A stretch of DNA of 58,213 nt from an uncultured Candidatus Cloacimonadota bacterium (GCA_964427765.1 CAYRVG010000140.1:1-58213), one strand, 5' to 3'; positions 1-10,168 are shown, counted from the stretch's first letter. Translations and numbers: made by a program. Notes: generated from the sequence alone by a model not told the origin.

Positions 1-1466
1 ACATCCACAGTGACGATTGTGGTCTGTCCCCAGTCCGGGTCGAAATTGGTATCCGGGAGATTGGAGTAGGCATCGCTGTATATGGAGATCACATCTTCCT
101 GTTCATGGGTGGGAACCGGCGGCGCATCGTCAGGAACCGATTGCAGGATGAAGTTCACCGTGTAGGTGAGAGTGGTGACCCCATCCTCCGCTGTCACCAC
201 AACAGTGGCTGATCCAGGGATCGACGCAGCCTGGGTAACGACCATGGTGGCATTGGGGTCGTTTTTCGTGGCCGACACAACTGGCGTTCTGGTGCCAGTC
301 ACCTCATAAACATACGTGAAGACCGATGGTGAGAATCCCGGGATCGTGACACCATCGACCCGCAGGTCACTAAGGGTGGCGTCGGTACCGGCGGCTCCTG
401 AATCATAAAAATACACATTGTCCACATACACGGTGTTGGGATCGCCGGAAATGATCAACTGGGCCAGGTGGCCGGTGGTCGTCAGATCGATGAAGCTCGT
501 CATGGGGATGTCGAAGCTGATCCAGTTTTCGCTGACCAGGGGTGGAGTCGAGCTGGCATCAAATGTAAGTTCATGCTCGGTATCATCTCCGCCTCCATAG
601 GCTCCATCCGCGCCAAAATCAACCAGTTTGATCTTGAATACCGCGGGCAGGGCCGTGGGATCAGGGGTCCAGATATCCATGTGGAAATGGGTCATGGCCG
701 ATGCGACTATGGGCTGTGAGGTAAATTCGATACCCGCAAAAGTGAGGTTGGTATAAAGCTTGGTATCATTGCCTTCGATCTGCACGTCAGCCACATCCGC
801 CATGTCCCAGCTGGCAGACCAGGTGTCCACGGTGACATTGGTATAGGCGTTGCTGAACAGAGAGATCACATCAGAGGGATCTTCGGTGGGTGTGGGTGCC
901 GCGACGGTGGGTTCCGTCGGGGGCGTGGTGTTTCCCTCGGGGATCTGGATGTTGTCGAAGTAAATATCGTAATCCTCGGTCCTGGCCTCAAAATCAGGGA
1001 TGAGAACCAAACGGCTGTATGTATTTCCTATCGAACCCGAGAAATCAAAGGTCAGCTCCTCCCACTGGTTGATCACGGTATTGGCTTGCTGGATCTCGAT
1101 GGGAGCACTTCCACCCTCGAACTTGATCGCCACATTGCTAATGCGTGGTTTGTAGATCATGATCTTCACCGTGGTATTGGTGGCATCGAACTGAAATTCA
1201 TCAATATCGTCAGTATAACACAAAGCCCAGGCATTCCCGGCAGCCAATGCTGTGAATTGAGCCACGGTAGCCGAGGTGTTGATCCCGCCGCTGACTGGAT
1301 TGGCGGGGAACTGCAGGGGCGGATTGGTGGCGTTTTCCCCCACAACCCATGTCCACTCGGCACCGATGCCGCCAGACTCAAAGTCAACTATGGAGTATTG
1401 CGCAGACATGATAGCAGTTATCGCTATCATGAACATCACCAGTAAAAGCGTTTTTTGTAATCTCAT
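1..1466 (-). CDS. Secreted multi-module carbohydrate-binding protein (runs off the left edge); paralog of 1549-2931
   Basis: Not in the ORF track because it is truncated. Hand translation from ATG 1466 (RBS GGAGAG at 1471-1476) gives MRLQKTLLLVMFMIAITAIMSAQYSIVDFESGG..., i.e. a signal peptide, the same two modules as 1549-2931, a cadherin-like 'DATLSDLRVDG..TAEDGVT' domain and the start of another 'DVISIYSDAY' module. Confidence 0.85.
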   Translation of the reverse strand, partial: MRLQKTLLLVMFMIAITAIMSAQYSIVDFESGGIGAEWTWVVGENATNPPLQFPANPVSGGINTSATVAQFTALAAGNAWALCYTDDIDEFQFDATNTTVKIMIYKPRISNVAIKFEGGSAPIEIQQANTVINQWEELTFDFSGSIGNTYSRLVLIPDFEARTEDYDIYFDNIQIPEGNTTPPTEPTVAAPTPTEDPSDVISLFSNAYTNVTVDTWSASWDMADVADVQIEGNDTKLYTNLTFAGIEFTSQPIVASAMTHFHMDIWTPDPTALPAVFKIKLVDFGADGAYGGGDDTEHELTFDASSTPPLVSENWISFDIPMTSFIDLTTTGHLAQLIISGDPNTVYVDNVYFYDSGAAGTDATLSDLRVDGVTIPGFSPSVFTYVYEVTGTRTPVVSATKNDPNATMVVTQAASIPGSATVVVTAEDGVTTLTYTVNFILQSVPDDAPPVPTHEQEDVISIYSDAYSNLPDTNFDPDWGQTTIVTVD

Positions 1467-1548
1467 TTTTCTCTCCTTGCTTAAGCCATTAAGTATGTTA
1501 AATAGGATCAGCCGATACGAAAACTGTACCGGCTGATCGCCAAGTTCA

Positions 1549-2931
1549 TTATTTCAGCAGTACCATACGTTTTGTATCGACTGCTTTGTCATCAACCGTC
1601 AAACGGTAGAAATACACGCCGGAGGCAGCGCCCGAGGCATTCCAAACCTGCCGGTGGGTGTTGGCCGTCATTTGGGCATCAACCAGTGTTTCAAACAAAC
1701 GTCCCCTGGCATCATATACCTTCAGGGTGACATGGGCAGATTTTTCGAGCGTATAACTGATTGTTGTCAAAGGTTTGAAGGGATTGGGATAGCTGTCTTC
1801 CAGTACAGACGGCGTGGGCGCGGCAGCGTTGTCATCATTGCCGGTTGAGCCGCTGTGGAAATAAATGTTGTCCACATATACAGTGTTGGGATCGCCGGAA
1901 ATGACCATTTGGGCCAGGTGCCCCGTGGTTGTCAGGCCTGTGAAGTCAGTCAAAGGGATGTCAAAACTGATCCAGGATTCGCTCACCAGGGGCGGGGTTG
2001 TGGTAGCATCAAAGGTCAGCTCATGCTCCACGTCGTCACCACCGCTCCAAACCCCGTCCGCGCCAAAATCAACCAGTTTGATCTTGAATACCGCCGGAAG
2101 CGCCGTGGGATCAGCCGTCCAGATATCCATGTGGAAATGGGTCATGTCCGTGGCGTCAATGGTCTGCGAGGTGAATTCGATCCCCGCGTAAACGAGGTTG
2201 CTGTAAAGCTTGGTGTCATTTCCATCGATCTGTACATCCGTCACATCCGCCATATCCCAGTCCGCTGACCAGGTGTCCACGGTCACGTTGGTATAGGCAT
2301 TGCTGAAGAGGGAGATAACGTCGTCCTCGTTAATTGTGGGTGTTGGCGCCGGCTCATCCGGCGCAGGTATGGCGATCTGCTCGGAGAAAGTGATATTGTC
2401 AAAATAGATGACATTGTCGTTCTCCCTGCCTTCCAGGTCAAAATCCGGGAAGATAACGATCTGATCATTGGTTTCGCCTATCCTGCTGGAAAAATCGAAA
2501 GTAAGCTCTTCCCATTGATTGATCAGGGTGTTGGGGACCTTGATCTCGCCGGATGAAGCTGAGCTGCTGGAAACGAACTTGATCCCCACGTCACTGATCA
2601 CGGGCTTGTGGACCATGATCTTCACGGTGCAGTTGGTGGCATCAAAAGTAAAGGTACCGATATCAGAACCGTGCTGGGATTCACATCCAGCCCAGGGCTG
2701 TCCGGCCTCCAAAGCTGTGAACTGGGCCACTGTGGCTGAGGTGTTGTTCCCGGTGGCATCTGGATTGGCCATGATCTGCACCGGTGGGTTGGTGCCATTT
2801 TCAAATACGGTCCAGGTCCAGTCCGCACCCTGGCCGCCCGTCTCAAAATCGATAGGCGCGTTTTGGGCAAACATCACAGAACTCATCGCAATGATGAATA
2901 ATGTGGTAAACAACATAATTGTATTTTTCAT
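1549..2931 (-). CDS. Secreted non-catalytic beta-glucan-binding-like protein (two CBM-like modules plus T9SS-type CTD)
   Basis: Signal peptide; two galactose-binding-like modules ending in YFDNI/YVDNIYF; C-terminal YPNPFKP...KRMVLLK; no GH catalytic motif seen. Confidence 0.75.
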   Translation of the reverse strand: MKNTIMLFTTLFIIAMSSVMFAQNAPIDFETGGQGADWTWTVFENGTNPPVQIMANPDATGNNTSATVAQFTALEAGQPWAGCESQHGSDIGTFTFDATNCTVKIMVHKPVISDVGIKFVSSSSASSGEIKVPNTLINQWEELTFDFSSRIGETNDQIVIFPDFDLEGRENDNVIYFDNITFSEQIAIPAPDEPAPTPTINEDDVISLFSNAYTNVTVDTWSADWDMADVTDVQIDGNDTKLYSNLVYAGIEFTSQTIDATDMTHFHMDIWTADPTALPAVFKIKLVDFGADGVWSGGDDVEHELTFDATTTPPLVSESWISFDIPLTDFTGLTTTGHLAQMVISGDPNTVYVDNIYFHSGSTGNDDNAAAPTPSVLEDSYPNPFKPLTTISYTLEKSAHVTLKVYDARGRLFETLVDAQMTANTHRQVWNASGAASGVYFYRLTVDDKAVDTKRMVLLK

Positions 2932-4064
2932 TTTTCTCTCCTTTCAAAGAATTGATCTTCATTTTTTTGTTCTTTTTTGCTTAGGTAATTGATAAAAGAA
3001 ATCTTCGGTGTTCGATCCTGATAAAATACGCCCCAGTTCTTCTCGATCTCGCTGGGACCTGATGCCTCTCCGCCGCCTTTCCAGGGTTCGTCAAAGACCT
3101 CAAAAAGGAAGGTGATGACATCATTATTATGCACCCATTCATCAAGCTCAAACAGAAATGTTTCCTGGGCTTCGACACTCACGTCACCCTTGATCAGGGT
3201 ACCCTGTTCGCCGTCGCCCTTTTTATCCGGATTATAATTGGTTGCCCAGCCGATCTCCCCCAGGACCAGCAGTTTTTGAGGATGGACTTGGCTGACTTCA
3301 TTGTATGTTTTATCCAGCCATTGAATCGCATTTCCCAGCGTTTTACCGTTCCAGAGAGGATAGATATGGGTTACTATGAAATCGACCTCGTCCGCCACTT
3401 TTCTACTTTCAGGTTTATTCCAATAGTTGTAGTCATCGGCTGTGGTCACGGGAACTTCGGTGTGATTCCTGACGACCCGGATATATCTGATCAGACTTAC
3501 TGTATCAAGTTTATGCCCAGACCAGAACACCTGGGTTTCATTGCCAACATTCACAGCCGCAACTATGTTTGGATACTCATTGGCCAGATCGATACCACGC
3601 AGTACATTATTTATGTTCGATCTCCCGGCTTCGGGATTGTTTTCCTCATTCTCCAGCCAGACTCCCAGCATCACTTTGAGGGGAAGGCCACTTTCCCGGA
3701 TAACTTCCAGAATGCGCTGCGTGTCGTCATCGGCATTGTAAACCCGGATCAGATTCCAGTGCCTGGCAATGATCTGCAGATCTTCCAGGATCTCCGCCTT
3801 GCCCGGACCCGAGCTGCCAGGGGCTTGTCCCTCCCTGTAACAGCCGTAGGAAGCGGCTTGCCCGATCCATTTGCCATCCAACCAAGGGGAAAACTCTCTA
3901 ACTTCAAAAGGTTGCGATCTGGCAAATTCCTCGCCAGATTCGAGTTTGTTTCTCACTTCATCCAGAAAGTGGTTGTCAGCAACATGTTGCTGTTTGTTTG
4001 CGCAGGCAGTGATCAAAGCCGCGATGAGGAACACACAGGGCAGGAATAATGAAAACTTCGTCAT
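2928..4064 (-). CDS. GH17-like beta-1,3-glucanase/glucosidase, lipoprotein
   Basis: Lipobox LITAC; IRVY, VGNE (acid/base), GEIGW (nucleophile), FEVFDEPWK and EKNWG motifs. Confidence 0.85.
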   Translation of the reverse strand: MTKFSLFLPCVFLIAALITACANKQQHVADNHFLDEVRNKLESGEEFARSQPFEVREFSPWLDGKWIGQAASYGCYREGQAPGSSGPGKAEILEDLQIIARHWNLIRVYNADDDTQRILEVIRESGLPLKVMLGVWLENEENNPEAGRSNINNVLRGIDLANEYPNIVAAVNVGNETQVFWSGHKLDTVSLIRYIRVVRNHTEVPVTTADDYNYWNKPESRKVADEVDFIVTHIYPLWNGKTLGNAIQWLDKTYNEVSQVHPQKLLVLGEIGWATNYNPDKKGDGEQGTLIKGDVSVEAQETFLFELDEWVHNNDVITFLFEVFDEPWKGGGEASGPSEIEKNWGVFYQDRTPKISFINYLSKKEQKNEDQFFERREK

Positions 4065-5767
4065 CGTAAGTCCTTGGGCAATTGAACCCGGACAGTTTGG
4101 ACCGAGTTTGCCGCGATCCGCAGTGCAGCGTGATCGAGCCCGATCTGCAGATTGTAAGCGATCGGTATTTCGGTGGTATTCAGGAGTTGGACGCTCAAGA
4201 TCCCATCCTCGTTCAGCGTGGCGCAGGCATGAAGGTCATCTTTACCAAGCCCGTCCCTTACAAGTTCTGTCTGGACAGCTTGGTCGCCGGGACGGATCGT
4301 GCGGCTGAACTGAGCGAGGACATAATATATTGGAGTATAATAAACGTGCTGGGATGCCGTGTCTATCATGATCGGAGCCCCACAGAAATTTCCCACATGG
4401 TTGGGTCCGCCGTATCGATCGAGAACAATGTTCCAATCGATCCAGCCGGTAAGCCAGTGATCGAGGCTGACGATGATATTCCGGGCATATCTGTGCACGG
4501 GGGTGTACATGGGATGGTCATCCACTACCACGCCTTCCCAGGTTACCGAATAAGCCCAGTCTGTGGCGGTTTTGTTCCACCAGAATTCATCATTGTCAAA
4601 CCAGTTTGATTCCTTGAAACCCTCCGGATCCGTCACTCCTCCGGGCGGATCTTTGCCCAGATCATCTATACAGCCTTCGGTATGCAGGATCGTAAGATCA
4701 GGGAATTTATCATGGACCCGGTCGAAAACATCCTCATACACTTTAAAGGTGCTCTCATACCAGTGAACCGCAGCTCCATACAGGTAGGGAACCGTTTCTG
4801 GATCAGCAAAGATGACGTCGGTCCAGTGTTCCAGTCCATCCCGGTTTTGATCGTAGATCAGCAGATTTATGTCCGCATGGGCACTGGTTTTAAGCTTCGG
4901 ACCGAGGTGATTTTTGATGAAATCATTTTGCGATTCCGGGGAAAAGTTCATGCTTTCCCATTGGCCGTTGTTGCCGTGTGGTTCGTTGACGGGTGTCAAT
5001 CCCCAGATATCCACGCCTTCAGCCCGGTAAGCGTCGAGATAGGCAAGGATGTAATCCGCGTATACGGGGACATATTTTTCTTTTAGCGATCCCCCGGTGC
5101 CTTGCCAGTTGTTTTCAGGAGATCCCGGAATATACCAGGTTTCGATATCCTTCATCCAGGCGGGAGCGGTCCAGGCCGAGGAGATGATCCTCAGTCCACT
5201 GTCGCTCTGCCGGCCCTTGATCTCGAGGGCTTCCTTGATCATGGGCAGCAGGTCAAAGGTCTCATCTTTGATCCCGGGAAATTCCGCGGGGTCGAAGCCT
5301 TGTTTATCCGGGGCTATGCTGAAGCTATCCAAGGTTGTGTCGCCGGGAACGTCTGCATAGGAGTACTTTCCTTTCACACTAAAGTCGCAGGCTCCCATGT
5401 GAGTGCGGGTTAAGGAAAAATTGGCTCCCTGCATCCCAAAAATCCTCCCCATAACGTCCCGTCTTTTCTCTTTCTCCAAATGAGCCAGAACGAAAGCTGA
5501 GGACTCTGTGAAAGACGTTCCGATACCGTCGATGGTCTGCTTCAAAATCTCAGGATAGATCCGGACAACCGTTCCCCCCCTTGCCCCTCTGGTGAAGATG
5601 ACATTTTCCTGCAAGGCCAGCTTGTCGCCGGCAGCCGAGGTCAAAAGAATCTCAGTGGTGGAATCAATTCCCTGATCGGTCTGGAATTCGTATCCCCATA
5701 ACCCCGCCAAGAGTAAAACCAGGAGCAGGATCGAAAATAGCTGCCTTGCCAAACTTCTTCCAAACAT
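4061..5767 (-). CDS. GH30 glycoside hydrolase (probable beta-1,6-glucan debranching enzyme)
   Basis: QTIDGIGTSFTE, GACDFS, SAWTAPAWMK, VNEP, HWY, TEGC, WIDWN and GGPNHVGN motifs of GH30. Confidence 0.9.
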   Translation of the reverse strand: MFGRSLARQLFSILLLVLLLAGLWGYEFQTDQGIDSTTEILLTSAAGDKLALQENVIFTRGARGGTVVRIYPEILKQTIDGIGTSFTESSAFVLAHLEKEKRRDVMGRIFGMQGANFSLTRTHMGACDFSVKGKYSYADVPGDTTLDSFSIAPDKQGFDPAEFPGIKDETFDLLPMIKEALEIKGRQSDSGLRIISSAWTAPAWMKDIETWYIPGSPENNWQGTGGSLKEKYVPVYADYILAYLDAYRAEGVDIWGLTPVNEPHGNNGQWESMNFSPESQNDFIKNHLGPKLKTSAHADINLLIYDQNRDGLEHWTDVIFADPETVPYLYGAAVHWYESTFKVYEDVFDRVHDKFPDLTILHTEGCIDDLGKDPPGGVTDPEGFKESNWFDNDEFWWNKTATDWAYSVTWEGVVVDDHPMYTPVHRYARNIIVSLDHWLTGWIDWNIVLDRYGGPNHVGNFCGAPIMIDTASQHVYYTPIYYVLAQFSRTIRPGDQAVQTELVRDGLGKDDLHACATLNEDGILSVQLLNTTEIPIAYNLQIGLDHAALRIAANSVQTVRVQLPKDLR

Positions 5768-5793
5768 TCGAGGATCCTATAAACCAAGCATTT

Positions 5794-7749
5794 TTACGTT
5801 TCCAGGGGTTCCACAATTTTTTTATGCCGCTCTTCCAGTTCGGCACGGATCTGGTAGACCCTTTCTTCGGTTAATGTGTACTTGAAAATCAGCCAGAGCG
5901 CTATAGCGGAAGTTATGATGGGTATGCCGACGTCGAACACTCTCAGCAGTAAGAGAGTACGTTCTTCCTGACCAGCTCCCAAAGCCAGATCGAATTTTGA
6001 GACTTTTAGAAGCACTCCCGTAAGCAGTCCTGCCAGCGACATACCGATCTTCACCATCCACCAGTAAATGGCTCCAAACACCCCTTCACGCCTTTTATGG
6101 GTGGTCAATTCATCGTAATCGCAGACATCGGAGATCATCGCCCCCATCAATGTGAACAGGGATCCGGAACCAAAAGCAACCAGGGGCGCGGCGAAGAGCA
6201 GCCAATAGGGATGAGCGGGATTGTAACCGAACCACTTAAGCGCGTATCCTATCAAGGATAGAGATATTGTGATCATAAAAGTTCTGCGTTTGCCGATCCT
6301 GGTGGCCACCCAGGCGGTCAATTGGATCACCCCCAAGGTGGCGATGGAGGTAAGCATTCCATACCAGCCCAGCAGTTTCCCGGCACTGGCGTCATTACCG
6401 CTAAACAAATAATAGATCATCACATAGATCGCGAAAGACGAACCCAGTTGAAAGCCGTTGAAGACCAGGAAAGTGGCGCCGCAAAGCTTGACGAACGGTT
6501 TGCATTTGAAGGTTGTTCCGATCCCCTTGAAAAACTCACTCAGGTTTTTCCACACACCCTTGGCAGCTCTTTCCACAGGTTCAAGGATCTGCGTTTCCCT
6601 CAGGAAGATCGCCGGAATGATGCCCAGGCCAGCCACAAGTACGCCCACAGCTATTGCGAGTGTGCGAGCTCCATGCACCGTATCCCGGAACATCGCGCTG
6701 GACATGATGGCGTAAAACCAGGGAACACCGAGCCAGGCCAGTTGGCCGACCGTGTTGGCAAAGGCGTGAAGCCTGGTCCGCTCATGGTAATCGGGTGTCA
6801 TTTCATAACCAAAGGCGACAAAGGGGGTGGCATAGATCGTATAGGCAAGGAAAAAGAGGATTGACATTACGAGGAAGTAAATGAAATACTTGGTGAAGAA
6901 GCCCTCGCTTTTCCTCAGTTTGAAAGAACTGATGGCAGCCACCCCAGCTCCTTCCACACCTGTGAGATTGACTCTTATGCTTTCGATCGAATTAACATCA
7001 AGAATATTGTTTCCAAGCTGTTCTCCGTTTGAATCAAGTTGCTGAAAGTCTTCGAGTTTGAATTTATACAGGTTGCCTTTATTACCCTGTGAATCTTCTT
7101 GAGTAAGATCGATATAGTAAGACTCAGGTTCTTCCACGGCAACGGTTTTGGCTTCTTTGACAACCACCTGTAAAGATTCATAGGCAGGAAATTTCACGTT
7201 CATTTCGATCTGCGGGAAGCCTTCGATATCGGTGGAAAATACGGAATCATACTTCTTGGATAAGATCTCAGGCCCATAAAGCACATAGGAGATATCCGGA
7301 TGCTCTGTGTCATAGTTTATGGAGATTCCGCCATCTTCATTCATTATCGCTTCGGTTGTTTCCACAGTTGTGGTCTGATGCTGCGCGACGGGGTCCTTGC
7401 CCAGGATGTTGATGTAACCCGGGGGAACCTGCCACATTATGGCAAAGATCAATCCTGCCAATAACGCGCCAACAAAAATGAACGGCCGCCGCCGGCCCCA
7501 CCTGCCTCGATGGTTATCGGAGATATATCCCACCAGAGGATCTGAAATAGCGTCGAAGATGCGGGGAATTGAACCGATGAGGCCCACCAGCATCACGTCC
7601 ATGCCCAGGCCCAGGTTGAGAATCACGACCATGGCAGGAAGTGCGGCAGCCTGCAGGTTGTTTACGAACATTCCAACAGCGTAGGCTGATTTTTGTTTCA
7701 GGGAAATACGGTCTTCAGGTCTGGTGGTATGATGTACGCTTTTACCCAT
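5794..7749 (-). CDS. GPH/MelB-family MFS sugar:cation symporter with a ~175 aa soluble insert
   Basis: DAISDPLVGYISD, GRWGRRRPF, EMTPDYHERTRL and DVCDYDE..RREG motifs; about 12 hydrophobic segments. Confidence 0.9.
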   Translation of the reverse strand: MGKSVHHTTRPEDRISLKQKSAYAVGMFVNNLQAAALPAMVVILNLGLGMDVMLVGLIGSIPRIFDAISDPLVGYISDNHRGRWGRRRPFIFVGALLAGLIFAIMWQVPPGYINILGKDPVAQHQTTTVETTEAIMNEDGGISINYDTEHPDISYVLYGPEILSKKYDSVFSTDIEGFPQIEMNVKFPAYESLQVVVKEAKTVAVEEPESYYIDLTQEDSQGNKGNLYKFKLEDFQQLDSNGEQLGNNILDVNSIESIRVNLTGVEGAGVAAISSFKLRKSEGFFTKYFIYFLVMSILFFLAYTIYATPFVAFGYEMTPDYHERTRLHAFANTVGQLAWLGVPWFYAIMSSAMFRDTVHGARTLAIAVGVLVAGLGIIPAIFLRETQILEPVERAAKGVWKNLSEFFKGIGTTFKCKPFVKLCGATFLVFNGFQLGSSFAIYVMIYYLFSGNDASAGKLLGWYGMLTSIATLGVIQLTAWVATRIGKRRTFMITISLSLIGYALKWFGYNPAHPYWLLFAAPLVAFGSGSLFTLMGAMISDVCDYDELTTHKRREGVFGAIYWWMVKIGMSLAGLLTGVLLKVSKFDLALGAGQEERTLLLLRVFDVGIPIITSAIALWLIFKYTLTEERVYQIRAELEERHKKIVEPLET

Positions 7750-7759
7750 TTTCGCTTCC

Positions 7760-9946
7760 TCAGTTCGTCAAATGTATATCATCGAAATAAAGGGTTCCCA
7801 CAATGTAGGCATTGCCTGTTGTGAAGGGATTCCACAAGCCCAGGTATTTCACCGCGGCCAGGTTCACATCCGGAAAATGACTCATGGGAATTTCATATCT
7901 TGACCAGTTTCCGGTAACCACGGGTGTATATGAGGCCAGATCGACCTCGGTATTGCCTCCCACGTTATCCTCAAATTTAACGCCAAAATGGGCAAGGTTG
8001 GGCATGTCGCTCGTATCTATATTGATCACAAAAGTGGAATATGAAGATATGTCCTGCGCGCCAAAGTCGAACGCTATCCCACCCCAGCCAGCGCCAAGAT
8101 CGGTGAAGTTGACTGAAAGCACATAGCTCCCGTCAACCGGTGTAACCATCGTGCTTTGTTCGTTGGGTTCAGCCGAATTCCCACTCCAGTCGGCACTGTT
8201 GATGATCTGGGTGTAAACGAGCATGGGATCGGTGTGGGATTCCGAATATATACCGATCGCGTCCGGGCCGTTTCCGCCCGTGATGTTGGCAGTGTCTGTC
8301 CTTATGGTTCCATGGGTATCAACGTATGATACTGTGATCGAACCACCTGCTGCGATGGCAATGGTGTCCGTGTTGTCATCGGTGGGGCCAAAATTCAGAT
8401 TTCCCGTGCCAATGCCGTTGCTATCGAGGGTTATTGCAAGACTGATAGTTTCCGTTCCATTGGTTACGGAAACGGATACGTTTTCCTCTGCTGCCGCCGC
8501 ATCATCCACAGTTATCGTGGCACTGGTTTCATCCACCTCATAACTGTCCGCATCAAAGTAAACACTGCTCGGGGAAGCGCCTCCCCCATCCCAATAAATA
8601 TCGTCGAGGGCAAACTGGCACTGGATCCCGTTCTCTTCCAAAATGATGAATTCATAGCTCAGGACTTCCAGATCAACATTCCCCCGGATATCTGCCACGG
8701 GGATCGTGGCCTGTCCCCATTCACCGTTTCTCGTTAGTCCGAAAGCGCTTTGATTTGCTGGGAATAAAACATAGCTTTCATTGCCCAGAGCGTCATTGAT
8801 CCCGATCTTGAAGCTGACATTGGCCGGCATCTTGACCATGAATTTGATGTTTCCCTCCGCAAAACCGGATAGGTCAAGCGGGGTGTTTGAACTTACCCCG
8901 GCTCCAAACCAACCTAGCCCGGTTGTGGACCAGGAAATAACATTCGAGCCCTCATAAGGCGGGATCGTCCCGCCGGTGAGAGTGTTTTCCCAGACATAGA
9001 TCTCGGCATTCACGCCAATTTCCAAAGCGTCATCCACCGGGGTCTCGTCCGTAAAAATGCCAAAGGTCTCGATCGGGACAAGTGATTCCTCGCTTTGATA
9101 AACGCGGATCCAATCGATATACATGCTTTGCGGCCAATTGGTGGTTGCGTCGGGGGCGCCGCCCAGACTGCCGCCAACGGCGACATTGAGGATCAGGAAG
9201 AACTCCTTCAGGAATTCGTCCATCCTGCCCGGATCGATCACCTTCACAAAATAAGTGATATCATCGATCTTGCCGACGACCCGCTGCTCATCCCATTCAA
9301 CCTCATAAATGTGATAGTCGTCGGATAAAGTTTCTTTCAGTTGCTTTGTCTGGCCGAAGGAATTGTGGCTTTCACTCTCGTCGTCCCACCAGTGAAGCGT
9401 GCAAATGGTTGTTTTATCGCCGTGCAGCAGGGGGCTCACTTCCATAATATCGATCTCTCCGCTTTGGGGCCAGCCCGCGGTGTCATAATTCTTGCCCAGC
9501 ATCCAGAAAGCGGGCCACATTCCAGTATCCGTGGGAACTTTGATCCGGGCCTGTATTTTGCCGAATTTGAACGAGAATTTGTTTTTGGTGTTAAGCCGGG
9601 CTGAGGTGATGGAACCATCGCGCTTGCCGGGAACCGCATAACTCACGGAATCCCAGACCGCTGAAATGACAAGGTTTCCGTCTTCCACCCTCACATTTTG
9701 CTCATCGTTGGTGTATAGTTGCCATTCATCATTGCCCCAGCCGTTATCTCCATAACCCAGGTCATAGCCCCAATTTTCACTGTTGGGTTCCGGACCTGCC
9801 TGGTCAAATTCATCTGCCCATACCAAGGTGTAGTTTGTGGGAACCGTGGTATCAGGCACCTGTTCTGGCTGTGTTATCTTATCGCATCCAAATATCAGCA
9901 ACAATACCACCGCCATAAAGATCACACTTAGCGTCTTACTTGCCAT
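7760..9946 (-). CDS. GH16 laminarinase-like lipoprotein with CBM-like modules
   Basis: Lipobox IFGC; LVWADEF, WPAFWMLG and GEIDIME (EXDXXE) motifs; two downstream CBM-like domains separated by an Ig-like domain. Confidence 0.9.
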   Translation of the reverse strand: MASKTLSVIFMAVVLLLIFGCDKITQPEQVPDTTVPTNYTLVWADEFDQAGPEPNSENWGYDLGYGDNGWGNDEWQLYTNDEQNVRVEDGNLVISAVWDSVSYAVPGKRDGSITSARLNTKNKFSFKFGKIQARIKVPTDTGMWPAFWMLGKNYDTAGWPQSGEIDIMEVSPLLHGDKTTICTLHWWDDESESHNSFGQTKQLKETLSDDYHIYEVEWDEQRVVGKIDDITYFVKVIDPGRMDEFLKEFFLILNVAVGGSLGGAPDATTNWPQSMYIDWIRVYQSEESLVPIETFGIFTDETPVDDALEIGVNAEIYVWENTLTGGTIPPYEGSNVISWSTTGLGWFGAGVSSNTPLDLSGFAEGNIKFMVKMPANVSFKIGINDALGNESYVLFPANQSAFGLTRNGEWGQATIPVADIRGNVDLEVLSYEFIILEENGIQCQFALDDIYWDGGGASPSSVYFDADSYEVDETSATITVDDAAAAEENVSVSVTNGTETISLAITLDSNGIGTGNLNFGPTDDNTDTIAIAAGGSITVSYVDTHGTIRTDTANITGGNGPDAIGIYSESHTDPMLVYTQIINSADWSGNSAEPNEQSTMVTPVDGSYVLSVNFTDLGAGWGGIAFDFGAQDISSYSTFVINIDTSDMPNLAHFGVKFEDNVGGNTEVDLASYTPVVTGNWSRYEIPMSHFPDVNLAAVKYLGLWNPFTTGNAYIVGTLYFDDIHLTN

Positions 9947-10055
9947 TCGTACCTTCCTTTCAAAATAGGCTGTAGATCAGCCGTATAAAGTGTAAAACGA
10001 ACTTTACTGCTATATAGCACTATATGAAAATTCCACTTTTTGTGTCAAGTTTTTT
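9901..10055 (-). repeat. Copy A of an inverted duplicated promoter/operator/RBS/N-terminal cassette
   Basis: Reverse complement aligns with 11375-11531, including the identical stretch GAATGGCAAGTAAGACGCTAAGTGTGATCTTTATG. Confidence 0.9.
10008..10048 (-). promoter_or_regulatory. sigma70 promoter (TTGACA-18-TATAGT) with overlapping palindromic operator TGCTATATAGCA
   Basis: TTGACA at 10048-10043, TATAGT at 10024-10019, palindrome at 10008-10019. Confidence 0.75.
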
Positions 10056-10117
10056 TTTCGCCTTATTGCAATTCGGATTTGTGCAATATCTTTGCAAAGC
10101 CTTTTAAAAAAGATTTC

Positions 10118-10168
10118 TTGACTTATTTTGCGCCTTTGTTTTATTTGATTTTATTGCTGGATAGCAAT
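10118..10168 (+). promoter_or_regulatory. Regulator promoter with autoregulatory operator ATTGCTGGATAGCAAT
   Basis: TTGACT at 10118-10123; palindrome at 10153-10168 matching the TGCT-N4-AGCA sites. Confidence 0.65.
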
